DNA of 64,000 bases from Minisyncoccia bacterium (lineage in GTDB: Bacteria; Patescibacteriota; Minisyncoccia; Phycocordibacterales; UBA9973). The DNA lies in NCBI GenBank assembly GCA_039809245.1, contig JBDHUP010000004.1, positions 12,599 through 76,598 on the forward strand, given 5' to 3'. Below the pieces are notes generated by a model that was not told the DNA's origin, searched no databases, and saw only the letters and a list, made by a program, of their open reading frames with translations. This document shows positions 9,367 to 18,792 of the stretch, piece by piece. The number at the start of each line of letters is the position of its first letter. Position 1 is the first letter of the stretch. The translations under genes and the position numbers were made by a program.

Positions 9367-9864
9367 ATGCCTATAAAAGGAAAAGTATACGCAAGTCCAT
9401 ATGATCATAGAGTTGAGAATATGGAAGTTGGATCTAGTGGATATATCCACGAAAACCAATTAACTATCACAAAGCCTGCAATTTTTATGGATATTCTTTC
9501 TTCTATAATCCCGTGCGATGACACTGATAACGACGAACCAGGATTTATACCAATAAAAAGAATTGGTGCTGGACTTACAGAGTCAGATTTTGAGTTAGAT
9601 TTCGAAAGTGCCATCGATTACGATCTAACATATGAACCACAGGGAGTATATCTTGACTTTATGAAAGAAAAAGAAAGATACGTAATTTTTACAGAGTTCG
9701 AAATCTGTTTACAGTTCAATACTAATAAGGAGACTCCTGAAGAGAAGTTAGATAGACTAAAAGATGAACTTGAGAAAGCAAACTCTGCAGAAGATTTCGA
9801 GATGTCAATTGTATTAAGAAATGATATTGAGAAGTTAGAAGAAGAATTAAAGAATAAAAAATAA
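9367..9864 (+). CDS. hypothetical protein with C-terminal UVR (UvrB/C) motif
   Basis: LEKANSAEDFEMSIVLRNDIEKLE matches the UVR coiled-coil pattern; ATG 9367 preferred over TTG 9298. Confidence 0.6.
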   Translation: MPIKGKVYASPYDHRVENMEVGSSGYIHENQLTITKPAIFMDILSSIIPCDDTDNDEPGFIPIKRIGAGLTESDFELDFESAIDYDLTYEPQGVYLDFMKEKERYVIFTEFEICLQFNTNKETPEEKLDRLKDELEKANSAEDFEMSIVLRNDIEKLEEELKNKK

Positions 9865-10008
9865 ATAGTTGCTTCCGCTTAGCAATTGGAAAATCCGGTA
9901 AACATACTTATGTTATACCGGCTTTTTTTATTAATTAATGATAATTTGCTACAATTAGTACATTATGAAAAAGCCAATTTTGTTCGCGACGCTAGCCACA
10001 ACATACAT

Positions 10009-10038
10009 AGTGTCGTAAAAGATATATTGTGCGACACT
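10009..10038. other. candidate dif-like tyrosine recombinase site
   Basis: AGTGTCGTAAAA-GATATA-TTGTGCGACACT: 12-bp inverted arms (10/12 match), 6-bp spacer, at the switch in gene orientation. Confidence 0.5.
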
Positions 10039-10094
10039 CATATGTTTTCTATATATAGCTATAAAGGGCTTTCTTGACCCCTTCCCTCTATGGC

Positions 10095-11009
10095 TTAAGA
10101 TGTGCTTTTGGCTAGACAATCATTAAAGGCGCGAACTCCAGTATTATAAGTTGAAACTTTATTTTTTAAATCTATGATCATCTGATTATAAATTCCTACT
10201 AGGGAATTGTACTCGTTTATTTGCTCGTTAGTGGTCTTCCCTTCATACACTACCCCACTGTCGATTTTCTCACGACGAAGGGAAAGATCAGCTTCTTTTG
10301 TATCTAATTCTTTCTGGGTTAACTTTATAATTCCACGTAAGAAATCATCTATGTTTGGACATGCACTACGAGGTAGCCCGAAGTGCTGTACCGCAAGCCA
10401 AGTATCCTGACCTCTAAACATCCCATGACCAACAGCCACACCTATCTCGGTATACTTAGTATTCAAAATATTTGCCCTGTGGCCTGGACTTGCCATCCAT
10501 GCATTTAGTAGTGACTGCGCGTCTTTGAAGTTACCGAGAGCTAAGTTCTCACCGATCACAATATATTCATAATCAACTTTCTTACCTAAATCAGAAACTC
10601 CTACACCATCTGGTGACACGTGCTCGAAGTATTGCTGTTTAAACATATCATCTACTTTCATTTGTGCAGATTCATCTAGCTTCGCATTCTCTGTTAATGC
10701 TTCTAGACCTCCATTATCTGCTCTATTCTTATTTGTCCAAGTTATCACATCAGCAACTGAGAGCTTCACCTTACTTGCCGATGTAAGGCCTTCTGTGACT
10801 TTTAACGCTCCTGGAGTATTTGCTGATTGTGATGAAGTCGATATTTCATCGGCTTTAATAGCGATAGTATTTGATGATTTTGAAGGAAGATTTATCTTTG
10901 AAGATACATAGTTTGCGACGCTATTATAGACTTGCTTAGCGTCATCTCGTACCATAAAAAGCACTGAACAAATAAAAGCAACTATAACAATTTGATAAAT
11001 TAATTTCAT
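10095..11009 (-). CDS. CAP/SCP domain protein
   Basis: YFEHVSP, GENLA, WMASPGHRANIL motifs. Confidence 0.9.
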   Translation of the reverse strand: MKLIYQIVIVAFICSVLFMVRDDAKQVYNSVANYVSSKINLPSKSSNTIAIKADEISTSSQSANTPGALKVTEGLTSASKVKLSVADVITWTNKNRADNGGLEALTENAKLDESAQMKVDDMFKQQYFEHVSPDGVGVSDLGKKVDYEYIVIGENLALGNFKDAQSLLNAWMASPGHRANILNTKYTEIGVAVGHGMFRGQDTWLAVQHFGLPRSACPNIDDFLRGIIKLTQKELDTKEADLSLRREKIDSGVVYEGKTTNEQINEYNSLVGIYNQMIIDLKNKVSTYNTGVRAFNDCLAKSTS

Positions 11010-11015
11010 ATGATA

Positions 11016-11393
11016 TTAACAAGATGAAGATGCCGTATACCCAGACTTCTCTGCATCACCTGATGTCGCAAAGTATACTTTGTTCTCATCTTTAATTCTA
11101 TTGGCACCTTTGCAACCTACTGTGTAATATAGTTTACCATTTTTTGAAGCAACATAGTTCTTTTCTGTGCTTATACTTGATGTTTTCGCTTGAGGTTTAG
11201 GATTTGTAGCAGTATAAGCATTAGCTGTGCCAGTAATACTAATATCGGTGTTTTGAGGCTTATTTATGGCTGAAAGACGACCAAAACCAAAGGCAGCTAC
11301 CCCTACCCCAACAATGAGAAGTAGGTGTAGGAACGTTGTATTATCAATACCGATTTTGCTCTTGATTTTATTGGGCAAATCATGTATACTCAT
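11016..11393 (-). CDS. membrane-anchored protein with Ada metal-binding-like C-terminal domain
   Basis: YVASKNGKLYY...C....I...N..YF....A...GY....C. Confidence 0.7.
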   Translation of the reverse strand: MSIHDLPNKIKSKIGIDNTTFLHLLLIVGVGVAAFGFGRLSAINKPQNTDISITGTANAYTATNPKPQAKTSSISTEKNYVASKNGKLYYTVGCKGANRIKDENKVYFATSGDAEKSGYTASSSC

Positions 11394-11443
11394 ATAACTT
11401 AATTATAAATAAAAAAGAAGCTTTAGACTAGCTTAAATATTAT

Positions 11444-11716
11444 ATGGCACATAGGAAAGCCGGAGGTTCGGCCAAAAACTTAACAGACTCAAATCCAAAG
11501 TATCTCGGTACTAAGCTTTACGCTGGAGAAAAAGCAAAAGCAGGGTCTATAATCATACGTCAGCGTGGTACAAAAATCCTTCCTGGAACAAATGTTAGTA
11601 TGGGTAAGGATCATACTCTGTTCGCCCTTAAAGAAGGTACTGTTAAATTCGGAACTAAGAGAAAGGTAAATTTCAACCGCTCATCTTCAGTTAAAAAAGT
11701 AGTTCACGTAATCTAA
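11444..11716 (+). CDS. rpmA: 50S ribosomal protein L27
   Basis: [32 protein letters not shown]. Confidence 0.97.
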   Translation: MAHRKAGGSAKNLTDSNPKYLGTKLYAGEKAKAGSIIIRQRGTKILPGTNVSMGKDHTLFALKEGTVKFGTKRKVNFNRSSSVKKVVHVI

Positions 11717-11740
11717 AAATAAAACCCGCAATTGCGGGTT

Positions 11741-12184
11741 TTATTTTTGAGCTTCAATTTGTATCTTACACTTCCCTACCTTATCTCCTTTTTTGATTGT
11801 GACTTCGTGCTCACCTAGCTCTTTTATATGATCCATTATAAGAGTTGATTCCTCAATCTCAACCCCGGAAGATTGTTTAATAGCTTCTACAACATCACGA
11901 GGACTCACGGCCTTGAATAGGTGGCCTTTCTCGTTTGCTTTCACATATATCTTTACAGTTGTACTACCAACTTTCGATATAAGATCTTCAAAAGCCTTCA
12001 TCTCATCTTCTTTCTTTTTATTCATCTGGGCTTTTTTAGCTTCTAGTTTTGCTAGAGCTTGTGGAGTAGCGAGTTCAGCTAAACCTTTCGACAATAGAAC
12101 ATTCTGCGCATAGCCCTGCGCAAAATCCTTCACATCATATCTATTCCCTACTTTAGGAATATCTGTAAGTAATATAACTTTCAT
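11741..12184 (-). CDS. rplI: 50S ribosomal protein L9
   Basis: MKVILL.D..KVG....V....GYA.N.L. Confidence 0.92.
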   Translation of the reverse strand: MKVILLTDIPKVGNRYDVKDFAQGYAQNVLLSKGLAELATPQALAKLEAKKAQMNKKKEDEMKAFEDLISKVGSTTVKIYVKANEKGHLFKAVSPRDVVEAIKQSSGVEIEESTLIMDHIKELGEHEVTIKKGDKVGKCKIQIEAQK

Positions 12185-12191
12185 AATTTAA

Positions 12192-13421
12192 TTATGGTCT
12201 TGCTTCTAATATACTGACCGCTTTATCAAGCTGAGGATCACGACCAGCATCTAAATCTTTTTGATTTATTGAAACTTCCACATCTGGATCTAGTCCATGG
12301 TCGGATATAGAGACTCCATTTGGAGTAAGCCATCTAGCAACTGTAATCTTGAGTGATGTATCATCTGTGATATCTACAAGTTCCTGAACTGAGCCTTTAC
12401 CGAAAGTCTTCTCCCCTACTAGTGTTGCAATACCATGCTCTTTTAGAGCTCCTGCAAGAATTTCGGAAGCAGAAGCAGATCCACCATCAACCAGAACAAC
12501 GAGTTGTAGTGACTTATCGAAAAGTTTTGGTCCGTGGCTTCTATAGATAATCGGCTTCCTATTTTCACCGAAATCTTCCGAGACTACAGTCTTACCTTGA
12601 TCGACAAACCAAGAAGCAATATTAACAGCAGCATCAAGATATCCACCAGGGTTACCTCTTAAATCTATAATAAGCTTGTGTGAACGGGTATCTATAAACT
12701 TTTGAAGCGCATCTTTAAATAAGTTAGCTGAATTCTCAGAGAAGCTATAGAACTTCAAAACGAAAATGTTATCATTACGGAATTCGGTATCAATAGTAGG
12801 AATAGCAATTTCATCGCGGGTAATCTTAAACTCACGAGTAGTCTTTTCTCCTGGGCGAAGAACAAGCAAGGTCACGATAGTACCTTTTGGTCCACGAATT
12901 AAATTAATAGCCTCGTCAACCGTCATTTCATTTGTAGCAGTTTTATCTATCTTAAGAATCTTGTCGCCAGACTTTAGACCTACCTTCATCGCAGGATTAT
13001 CTTTAAGTGGAGCAACAACTGTTAACACTTGATCTTTTATACCAACTTCAGCTCCTATACCTCCAAATGATCCTTTAATCTCGTCTGTGAAGAGCTTATT
13101 CTCTTCAGGTGGAAAGAATACTGTGTATGGATCTTTGAGTGATGATGCTAACCCTGATATTGCTCCATAGACTCTATCTTGGTCACTAATCTTTTTTGCA
13201 TATAATGATTTCTCATTTATCAGATTCCAAGCTTTCCAGAATGAATTGAAGTCTGCTGTTGTTTCTACTTGTGTATTTTTATTAGTTATAGAAAAAACTT
13301 TCTCTATTTCTGGCCTACGAGAGTAACCCATATATGTACCTAAACTAAAAACTCCTATGAGTAAGATCAAGGAAGTTAGCACATATATAGATGTTCGAAC
13401 ATTTTTTCTAGATATATTCAT
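12192..13421 (-). CDS. S41 carboxyl-terminal protease (CtpA-like)
   Basis: PDZ domain, DLRGNPGG, SASASEI, GKGSVQ. Confidence 0.93.
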   Translation of the reverse strand: MNISRKNVRTSIYVLTSLILLIGVFSLGTYMGYSRRPEIEKVFSITNKNTQVETTADFNSFWKAWNLINEKSLYAKKISDQDRVYGAISGLASSLKDPYTVFFPPEENKLFTDEIKGSFGGIGAEVGIKDQVLTVVAPLKDNPAMKVGLKSGDKILKIDKTATNEMTVDEAINLIRGPKGTIVTLLVLRPGEKTTREFKITRDEIAIPTIDTEFRNDNIFVLKFYSFSENSANLFKDALQKFIDTRSHKLIIDLRGNPGGYLDAAVNIASWFVDQGKTVVSEDFGENRKPIIYRSHGPKLFDKSLQLVVLVDGGSASASEILAGALKEHGIATLVGEKTFGKGSVQELVDITDDTSLKITVARWLTPNGVSISDHGLDPDVEVSINQKDLDAGRDPQLDKAVSILEARP

Positions 13422-13441
13422 CTGTGGCTATTATCTCAGAA

Positions 13442-14674
13442 TTATTGCTTTACTTCAAGCTCTAAAGCAGAAGGGGTGTACTTATTCCTTGGGTCCCAAA
13501 GCATCCAAGAATTAATACCATTATCAGCGGCGGCTTTCATTTGAGCTCGTATTAAATCCTTCGTATAAACTGCTCCTAAATTGAAATCTTGAAGCCATGG
13601 TCTAATCTTCTTAATATCCTCTCCTTGAGCTTTTGTTTTAGCGACCGCGCTTGATATAGATTTATTAATAACTTCATATGGATGATCAGCTGGGTTTTTA
13701 AAACCATTATAATTCGGTGGATAATGAGATGGATAAACCATAGGAGAAATAAAGTCGAAGTATGGCAGTGCTTTCTCCCATACCTGACCAATTCCCATAT
13801 CATCTTGGGCTTCTGTTGTCAGACCAAATAAATCAGCTGACATTGGTATATCTTTATCCTTCTTAACTTCACTATGTAAATACTTGAAGAAAGCTTCTAT
13901 GTTATCTGCTCGTGTCTTACCATCGACTAAGTGGTAATTTATATTATTCAAATCTCCATCTGATGGATAACGTATGTAATCGAAATTTATTTCATCAAAT
14001 CCTTCTTCGTATGCATCGTGAGCTATGCTTACAATATACTTCCACACATCCTTACTTGCTGGATCCATAAATGATAAACCTTTGCGATCTTTCCATACAG
14101 TACCATCGCTAATCTTGGTTATAGACCATTCTGGTTTTAATTTGGTAAGAGTCGGATCTTGGAAAACTGCTACACGACCTATAATATAAATATTCTTCTG
14201 GTGGAGTAGATTCGTTAGAGCACGAACATTTGAAATACGATTTTCGGTCGTACCCATTTTTTGTAAATCTTGATCGGCCACACTAAAGCCGATACGTCCT
14301 GTGGAATCTTTAACGTCAATAACAATAGAGTTCAGTTCTGTATTGTCTATAAGCTTAATTAATGGGTCTCTATACTTTTGTGCTCCTGCTGTCCAACTTG
14401 ATAGGTATATGGCTTTAACGACAGATGGGGTTTTTATATGTGTAACCGGAGTATTATCTACACCAGCCTTAACTTCTGGAATAATATCTTTACTTTCAGA
14501 TTTTACTTTGTTCTCATCAATTGTATCTTGTGGCGAAGCGTCCCCTATTGAGTATTTAATATTGCTAGATGATGTCCCAAATATAAAATAAAGTACCAGC
14601 CCGCACGATATACATGCGAGGCATACTAGGATAAAGTTTATTTTACCTTTTGTCGATGGCATTTTATTCACCAC
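13442..14674 (-). CDS. putative glycoside hydrolase (DUF4015-like)
   Basis: VIDVKD, FQDP, GFDEINFDYIRYP, SPMVYPSHY, RPWLQDF. Confidence 0.8.
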   Translation of the reverse strand: MVNKMPSTKGKINFILVCLACISCGLVLYFIFGTSSSNIKYSIGDASPQDTIDENKVKSESKDIIPEVKAGVDNTPVTHIKTPSVVKAIYLSSWTAGAQKYRDPLIKLIDNTELNSIVIDVKDSTGRIGFSVADQDLQKMGTTENRISNVRALTNLLHQKNIYIIGRVAVFQDPTLTKLKPEWSITKISDGTVWKDRKGLSFMDPASKDVWKYIVSIAHDAYEEGFDEINFDYIRYPSDGDLNNINYHLVDGKTRADNIEAFFKYLHSEVKKDKDIPMSADLFGLTTEAQDDMGIGQVWEKALPYFDFISPMVYPSHYPPNYNGFKNPADHPYEVINKSISSAVAKTKAQGEDIKKIRPWLQDFNLGAVYTKDLIRAQMKAAADNGINSWMLWDPRNKYTPSALELEVKQ

Positions 14675-14879
14675 TACCTATATTATCTACAAATGTCTTA
14701 CTTTGATTACTAGTATTTGACTGACGTGCTTTTACCTGTTTATAGAATAGATATGAAATATAGATGATAGCGAATCCTACAATAACAAAAAATAATTTCC
14801 TCCAACTATTTGGAAATCCTAAAAATGGCAACACTGCCACAAATATACCTAAAATAAGTAATGTTCTTTCTTTTCTCAT
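14664..14879 (-). CDS. small two-TM membrane protein
   Basis: 71 aa, two hydrophobic helices, TATAAT just upstream. Confidence 0.65.
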   Translation of the reverse strand: MRKERTLLILGIFVAVLPFLGFPNSWRKLFFVIVGFAIIYISYLFYKQVKARQSNTSNQSKTFVDNIGSGE

Positions 14880-14899
14880 ATTTGTAGATTATACATTAT

Positions 14900-15589
14900 T
14901 TACTTAGGAGCAACAATAACTACAAACTCACCTCTTTGCTTGTCAGGATTATTTGTAAAATGATCTAACACTTCTCTGGGTGTACCTTGTACAAACTCTT
15001 CGAATTGCTTAGTTATTTCACGAGCTATCATTACCTTTGATTCTGGAGTATGCTCATCTAGAGATGCGAGTGTCTTTAAAATCCGATGAGTCGATTCATA
15101 GAAAACAACAACTCTGGAGGATAGAGCTATATCTTTAAAGATTGTTTCTCTCCCCTTTTTATGAGGAAGAAAACCTAAGAATATGAATTCAGCTGAAGAA
15201 ATACCACTTGCAGATAGTGCCGATATTAATGCGCTTGGGCCCGGAATAGGTACTACTTGAGCCTCTTTTCCAAAATGCTCTCTTATATGAGAGACTAGCA
15301 ACACCCCAGGATCAGAGATACATGGAGTCCCTGCATCAGAAACTAGAGCCAAATTCTTCCCTTCAGATAGCATTCGAATAATAGCTGACTCTTTTGAATC
15401 CGTAGCATGAGCGTTATAACTCATTGTCTTATTATTGATATCGTATTTCTTTAAGAGCTTGCCAGTAGTGCGAGTATCTTCACATAAAATACAATCAACT
15501 TCTTTCAGAATACGGATAGCTCTAAGTGTAATATCTTCTAGGTTACCGATCGGTGTTGCGACTATGTATAGCTTACCTATTTCGTTCAT
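14900..15589 (-). CDS. rsmI: 16S rRNA C1402 2'-O-methyltransferase
   Basis: LYIVATPIGNLEDIT, CEDTR, VSDAGTPCISDPG. Confidence 0.96.
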   Translation of the reverse strand: MNEIGKLYIVATPIGNLEDITLRAIRILKEVDCILCEDTRTTGKLLKKYDINNKTMSYNAHATDSKESAIIRMLSEGKNLALVSDAGTPCISDPGVLLVSHIREHFGKEAQVVPIPGPSALISALSASGISSAEFIFLGFLPHKKGRETIFKDIALSSRVVVFYESTHRILKTLASLDEHTPESKVMIAREITKQFEEFVQGTPREVLDHFTNNPDKQRGEFVVIVAPK

Positions 15590-15649
15590 ATATAGTAATT
15601 ATATCATAAAACAAAATCCCTCAGATAAACCTGAGGGATTTTAAGAAAA

Positions 15650-16000
15650 TTACAACATCATCAACAGTACACCAATTAGTGCCATATTCTTCATGAAGTT
15701 AATCTGATCATTCATACGGTGAGTAGGATCACTGACTTTCCAAAAAGCATGCATCATAAAAGTTGTAGGTACAAGGAATACAAGTAAGGCTATAACTGAC
15801 TCTTGTAAGAACATATTTGATATAAAACCAAGTCCTCCGAGCATAATAAGAGCTCCTCCTAGTAATACTGCAAGTCTTGGAGATGGAACCCCTTTACTCT
15901 TTGCATAACCTGTTAGCATTTTCTCATTCTTGAAATGATTAAAGCCTGATATTAAAAAATAAGCACCAAAGATAACACGCCCTAAAATATAAATTGCCAT
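15650..16000 (-). CDS. DoxX family membrane protein
   Basis: HAFW and FMKNMALIG motifs. Confidence 0.85.
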   Translation of the reverse strand: MAIYILGRVIFGAYFLISGFNHFKNEKMLTGYAKSKGVPSPRLAVLLGGALIMLGGLGFISNMFLQESVIALLVFLVPTTFMMHAFWKVSDPTHRMNDQINFMKNMALIGVLLMML

Positions 16001-16144
16001 GATAGTTTTCTCTAAATTATTATAATAGTCGTATTATACCATAGTCGCATTAAATTAAGATATAAAATCCTTTTTGACAAAATTCGATTAGATGCTAATA
16101 TATGCGTGAACAACTTTCTAAATAACCCTCAAAATTTACCGTTT

Positions 16145-16678
16145 ATGAAAAAAGTATTATTGTTATTTGTAATTTGCTTTGCAACGATTGCAACTGAAGC
16201 CCAAGAGAAGAAAGAAGGATTAAAGCTTGAAGAAATCACTTTCGGTATTGAGTTAACTGGCACAGCCAGATATGCGGCAGAAAAAAACAGTGAGAAAGAA
16301 TCCCTTGAAAAAAAGAGATTCGACTTTTCTTATGGTTTTGGTCCCTTAATAGGAATTGAGACCAACCGGACAAAGCATGAGTTAGGATACAATATAAAGT
16401 CCCATGGCTTTGAGGTGTTTACCGGGTACTTCATACCTAGGTCATATTGTGCCTATATTAGGTTTGAAAAAAATCTAAAAGAAAAAAATGAAAAGTACCT
16501 TGGTATTGGGATTCAAAAAGTTTTAGTTTTTAAAGATTGGGAATGGCTAGAAATTTCCCCATACCTTGAATTTGGTGCAAATTTTCCGGAAAAATCTGGG
16601 TCTGTTGGGATATTTATTTACCCTAACTTAAAATTATTTAGTTTAGATAAAATTCCAAGGATTAGTTTGGGATTTTAA
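16145..16678 (+). CDS. orphan secreted beta-rich protein (start revised to ATG 16145)
   Basis: MKKVLLLFVICFATIATEAQ signal peptide; alternating aromatic/Gly strands; C-terminal Phe. Confidence 0.6.
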   Translation: MKKVLLLFVICFATIATEAQEKKEGLKLEEITFGIELTGTARYAAEKNSEKESLEKKRFDFSYGFGPLIGIETNRTKHELGYNIKSHGFEVFTGYFIPRSYCAYIRFEKNLKEKNEKYLGIGIQKVLVFKDWEWLEISPYLEFGANFPEKSGSVGIFIYPNLKLFSLDKIPRISLGF

Positions 16679-16718
16679 AAAAGAAAGTGCGGAAGTTCAA
16701 TATGAACTTCCGCACGTT

Positions 16719-16967
16719 TTATTTTCCGATGTCTTCATAAGACTTTTCTAGTTCTACTAAATCATTATCGTGTTTTAGTTTAATACTCTCATAAATTAAA
16801 TATGAAATCAGAATTAAAACAGCAGCAGTTCCTAGTATAATTTTGCCATTATAATTTCTAAGGGTAAATTCTTCATTAGTAAAGAAACCTACAAAAAGTA
16901 TAACTGCAATGAACCCTGAAAATGAATATAGTAAGAAGAGAAAAAAGCAAAAAATTTTCATAAACAA
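16719..16967 (-). CDS. small two-TM hypothetical protein
   Basis: 82-aa ORF overlapping the upstream gene; hairpin at about 16687-16715 downstream. Confidence 0.5.
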   Translation of the reverse strand: MFMKIFCFFLFLLYSFSGFIAVILFVGFFTNEEFTLRNYNGKIILGTAAVLILISYLIYESIKLKHDNDLVELEKSYEDIGK

Positions 16968-17347
16968 TAATTTATGTAAGTCGTTCCCCAGATTTCAGTT
17001 TTAGGAGTTTGCGGTTTTATTTTTACCTCTTTCGGATCAACTTCTACAACTTTTATCCTGTAATTAATATCATTAATATCTATCCTAATAATAAATTTAC
17101 TGTCCTTATAATCTGATACTTTTACATATCCGGATTCAGTAAACTCTATATCGTCTATGTAGAGCCTACGCATTGGAGTACCTTTTAACATAGCAAGACA
17201 AATATTATTTTCCAGCTGCTCCTGAGAGTACCAAAACTTTAAATCGTTTTCCTTCATTATATTCTCTCTTTTATTATTCACTTGTTGCGAACAACTTGTT
17301 TGAGAACAAAAAAAGATTACCATTAATATGAATATTATCTTTTTCAT
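16958..17347 (-). CDS. hypothetical lipoprotein-like protein
   Basis: MKKIIFILMVIFFCSQTSC N-terminus. Confidence 0.55.
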   Translation of the reverse strand: MKKIIFILMVIFFCSQTSCSQQVNNKRENIMKENDLKFWYSQEQLENNICLAMLKGTPMRRLYIDDIEFTESGYVKVSDYKDSKFIIRIDINDINYRIKVVEVDPKEVKIKPQTPKTEIWGTTYINYCL

Positions 17348-17548
17348 GATTGTAGTTTTTTGGGGTTATATAAATTGGTTGCCTTAACTTCCCTATTTGA
17401 GAACCTAGGGCAACCAATTTATCTATCCTTTAAACTTCTGTCGAAGAACTACTTATAAACCTAAAGTATCATAAACAACTGATATGTCAATTGATTTGAC
17501 ATATTCACTATTTTTATGTAGTTTGAAGTTAAACAAAATATAAATAAC

Positions 17549-18136
17549 ATGAAAAAGACTACTCAAAGTAACTGGGTAGTCTTGGCTACCTTGTTTATAT
17601 TTTACGGCCTTTATCTGGTTGTAAACCAATGGCCCTTAGAAAGATATAAAATATTCTTCATGCCTTGCGAAGAAAAAATCCCCTTCCTGCCGTGGACAAT
17701 ATTCATATACCTTTCATTGTTCTTCCAAGCAGTAATATTCCTAAAGTATCTTCCTGAGAAACTATTCTGGAAGACTATGGTACTTGGATTTGTAATTCTA
17801 GCAGTGCATCTGGCTTTTTTTATTCTAATTCCAGCTAGGTATCCTAGAGAAAGTTATCCAAGTGATAATATTGTTCTTAAGCTTTTCAGGATTATTGATA
17901 CCTCTGGAAACTGTCTGCCCTCCCTGCACGTATCTTGTGCGATACTTTTCGCCAATTGCTACTGCTTATGGAAGGAATCAAAGTTTAAAAAGGTTATAGC
18001 TTGTATATGGTCAGTGTTGATAATACTATCTACATTAACCACCAAACAGCATTACATCCTAGATATCCTTGCTGGCATAATTGTAACTAGGTTAGTGATA
18101 ATAACATTTAATAGAATTTCAACGCTTCGTGAATAA
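17549..18136 (+). CDS. PAP2-superfamily membrane phosphoesterase
   Basis: NCLPSLHV and STLTTKQHYILDI motifs. Confidence 0.85.
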   Translation: MKKTTQSNWVVLATLFIFYGLYLVVNQWPLERYKIFFMPCEEKIPFLPWTIFIYLSLFFQAVIFLKYLPEKLFWKTMVLGFVILAVHLAFFILIPARYPRESYPSDNIVLKLFRIIDTSGNCLPSLHVSCAILFANCYCLWKESKFKKVIACIWSVLIILSTLTTKQHYILDILAGIIVTRLVIITFNRISTLRE

Positions 18137-18304
18137 CGAAGCGTTTTTGTTGTAATAAAACGTGGTCCACAATAACTCGCTTACCGCCTTAAGCGAGTTT
18201 TCCAGACCCGAACTCAGCTATTCGCCTACTGGCGAATTATGCTTCCGTTTTCACAAACGCGAAATAGACTGAAGCAGTTCAGTCTATTTGCATTCACGCG
18301 TTTG

Positions 18305-18376
18305 TGACCCTACCGGGAATCGAACCCGGATTACCGGCTTGAGAAGCCGATGTCCTAACCGTTAGACGATAGGGCC
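18305..18376 (-). tRNA. tRNA-Glu(CTC)
   Basis: GGCCCTA/TAGGGTC acceptor, anticodon loop TTCTCAA, GGTTCGATTCC T-arm; CCA not encoded. Confidence 0.93.
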
Positions 18377-18388
18377 AGAAATGTTGAT

Positions 18389-18444
18389 GGCTTCTCTGGA
18401 AGCCGATGTCCGCTATATTCTAACTTGGTTAGACGATAGGGCCA
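18389..18444 (-). repeat. degenerate copy of the 5' half of tRNA-Glu
   Basis: Shares GAAGCCGATGTCC and GTTAGACGATAGGGCCA (plus strand) with the adjacent tRNA; enlarged D and anticodon loops; no T-arm. Confidence 0.75.
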
Positions 18445-18535
18445 TGTGAGAAAAATATAGCATTTTTAGCCTAAAATGCAAAAATTTAAGCGTGTTAATC
18501 ATAAGATTAACACGCTTCTGGGTTAGAAAATATTT

Positions 18536-18709
18536 TTACTCATCTTTCCGCTGTTCATTCCGCTCTCTTTGGTGCTTATGGCCACCATTGCCATTGTTCT
18601 TTGCAGCTGCATTTAGCATTGCATTTGCATTTTGTAATTGCTTTGCATTGAACTTATCTCTTGGAGAAGAAAAGTTCCGGTGGGTTGTTTTTTCGAAAAC
18701 GAAAGCCAT
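18536..18709 (-). CDS. small hypothetical protein (57 aa, not in ORF track)
   Basis: MAFVFEKTTHRNF...QRKDE; TTGACA upstream (about 18790) and a hairpin at 18488-18517 downstream. Confidence 0.5.
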   Translation of the reverse strand: MAFVFEKTTHRNFSSPRDKFNAKQLQNANAMLNAAAKNNGNGGHKHQRERNEQRKDE

Positions 18710-18792
18710 AATTTAACAGTTTTGGTGGTTAAAAAATAAAAATAACAAAATATGGAGGATATTCTATATCCTTTATTCAAATCTGTCAATAA

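Noticed and set aside
9886-10077. 63-aa ORF spanning the dif-like site
   Set aside because: TTG start, runs through a terminator hairpin, no recognisable protein features
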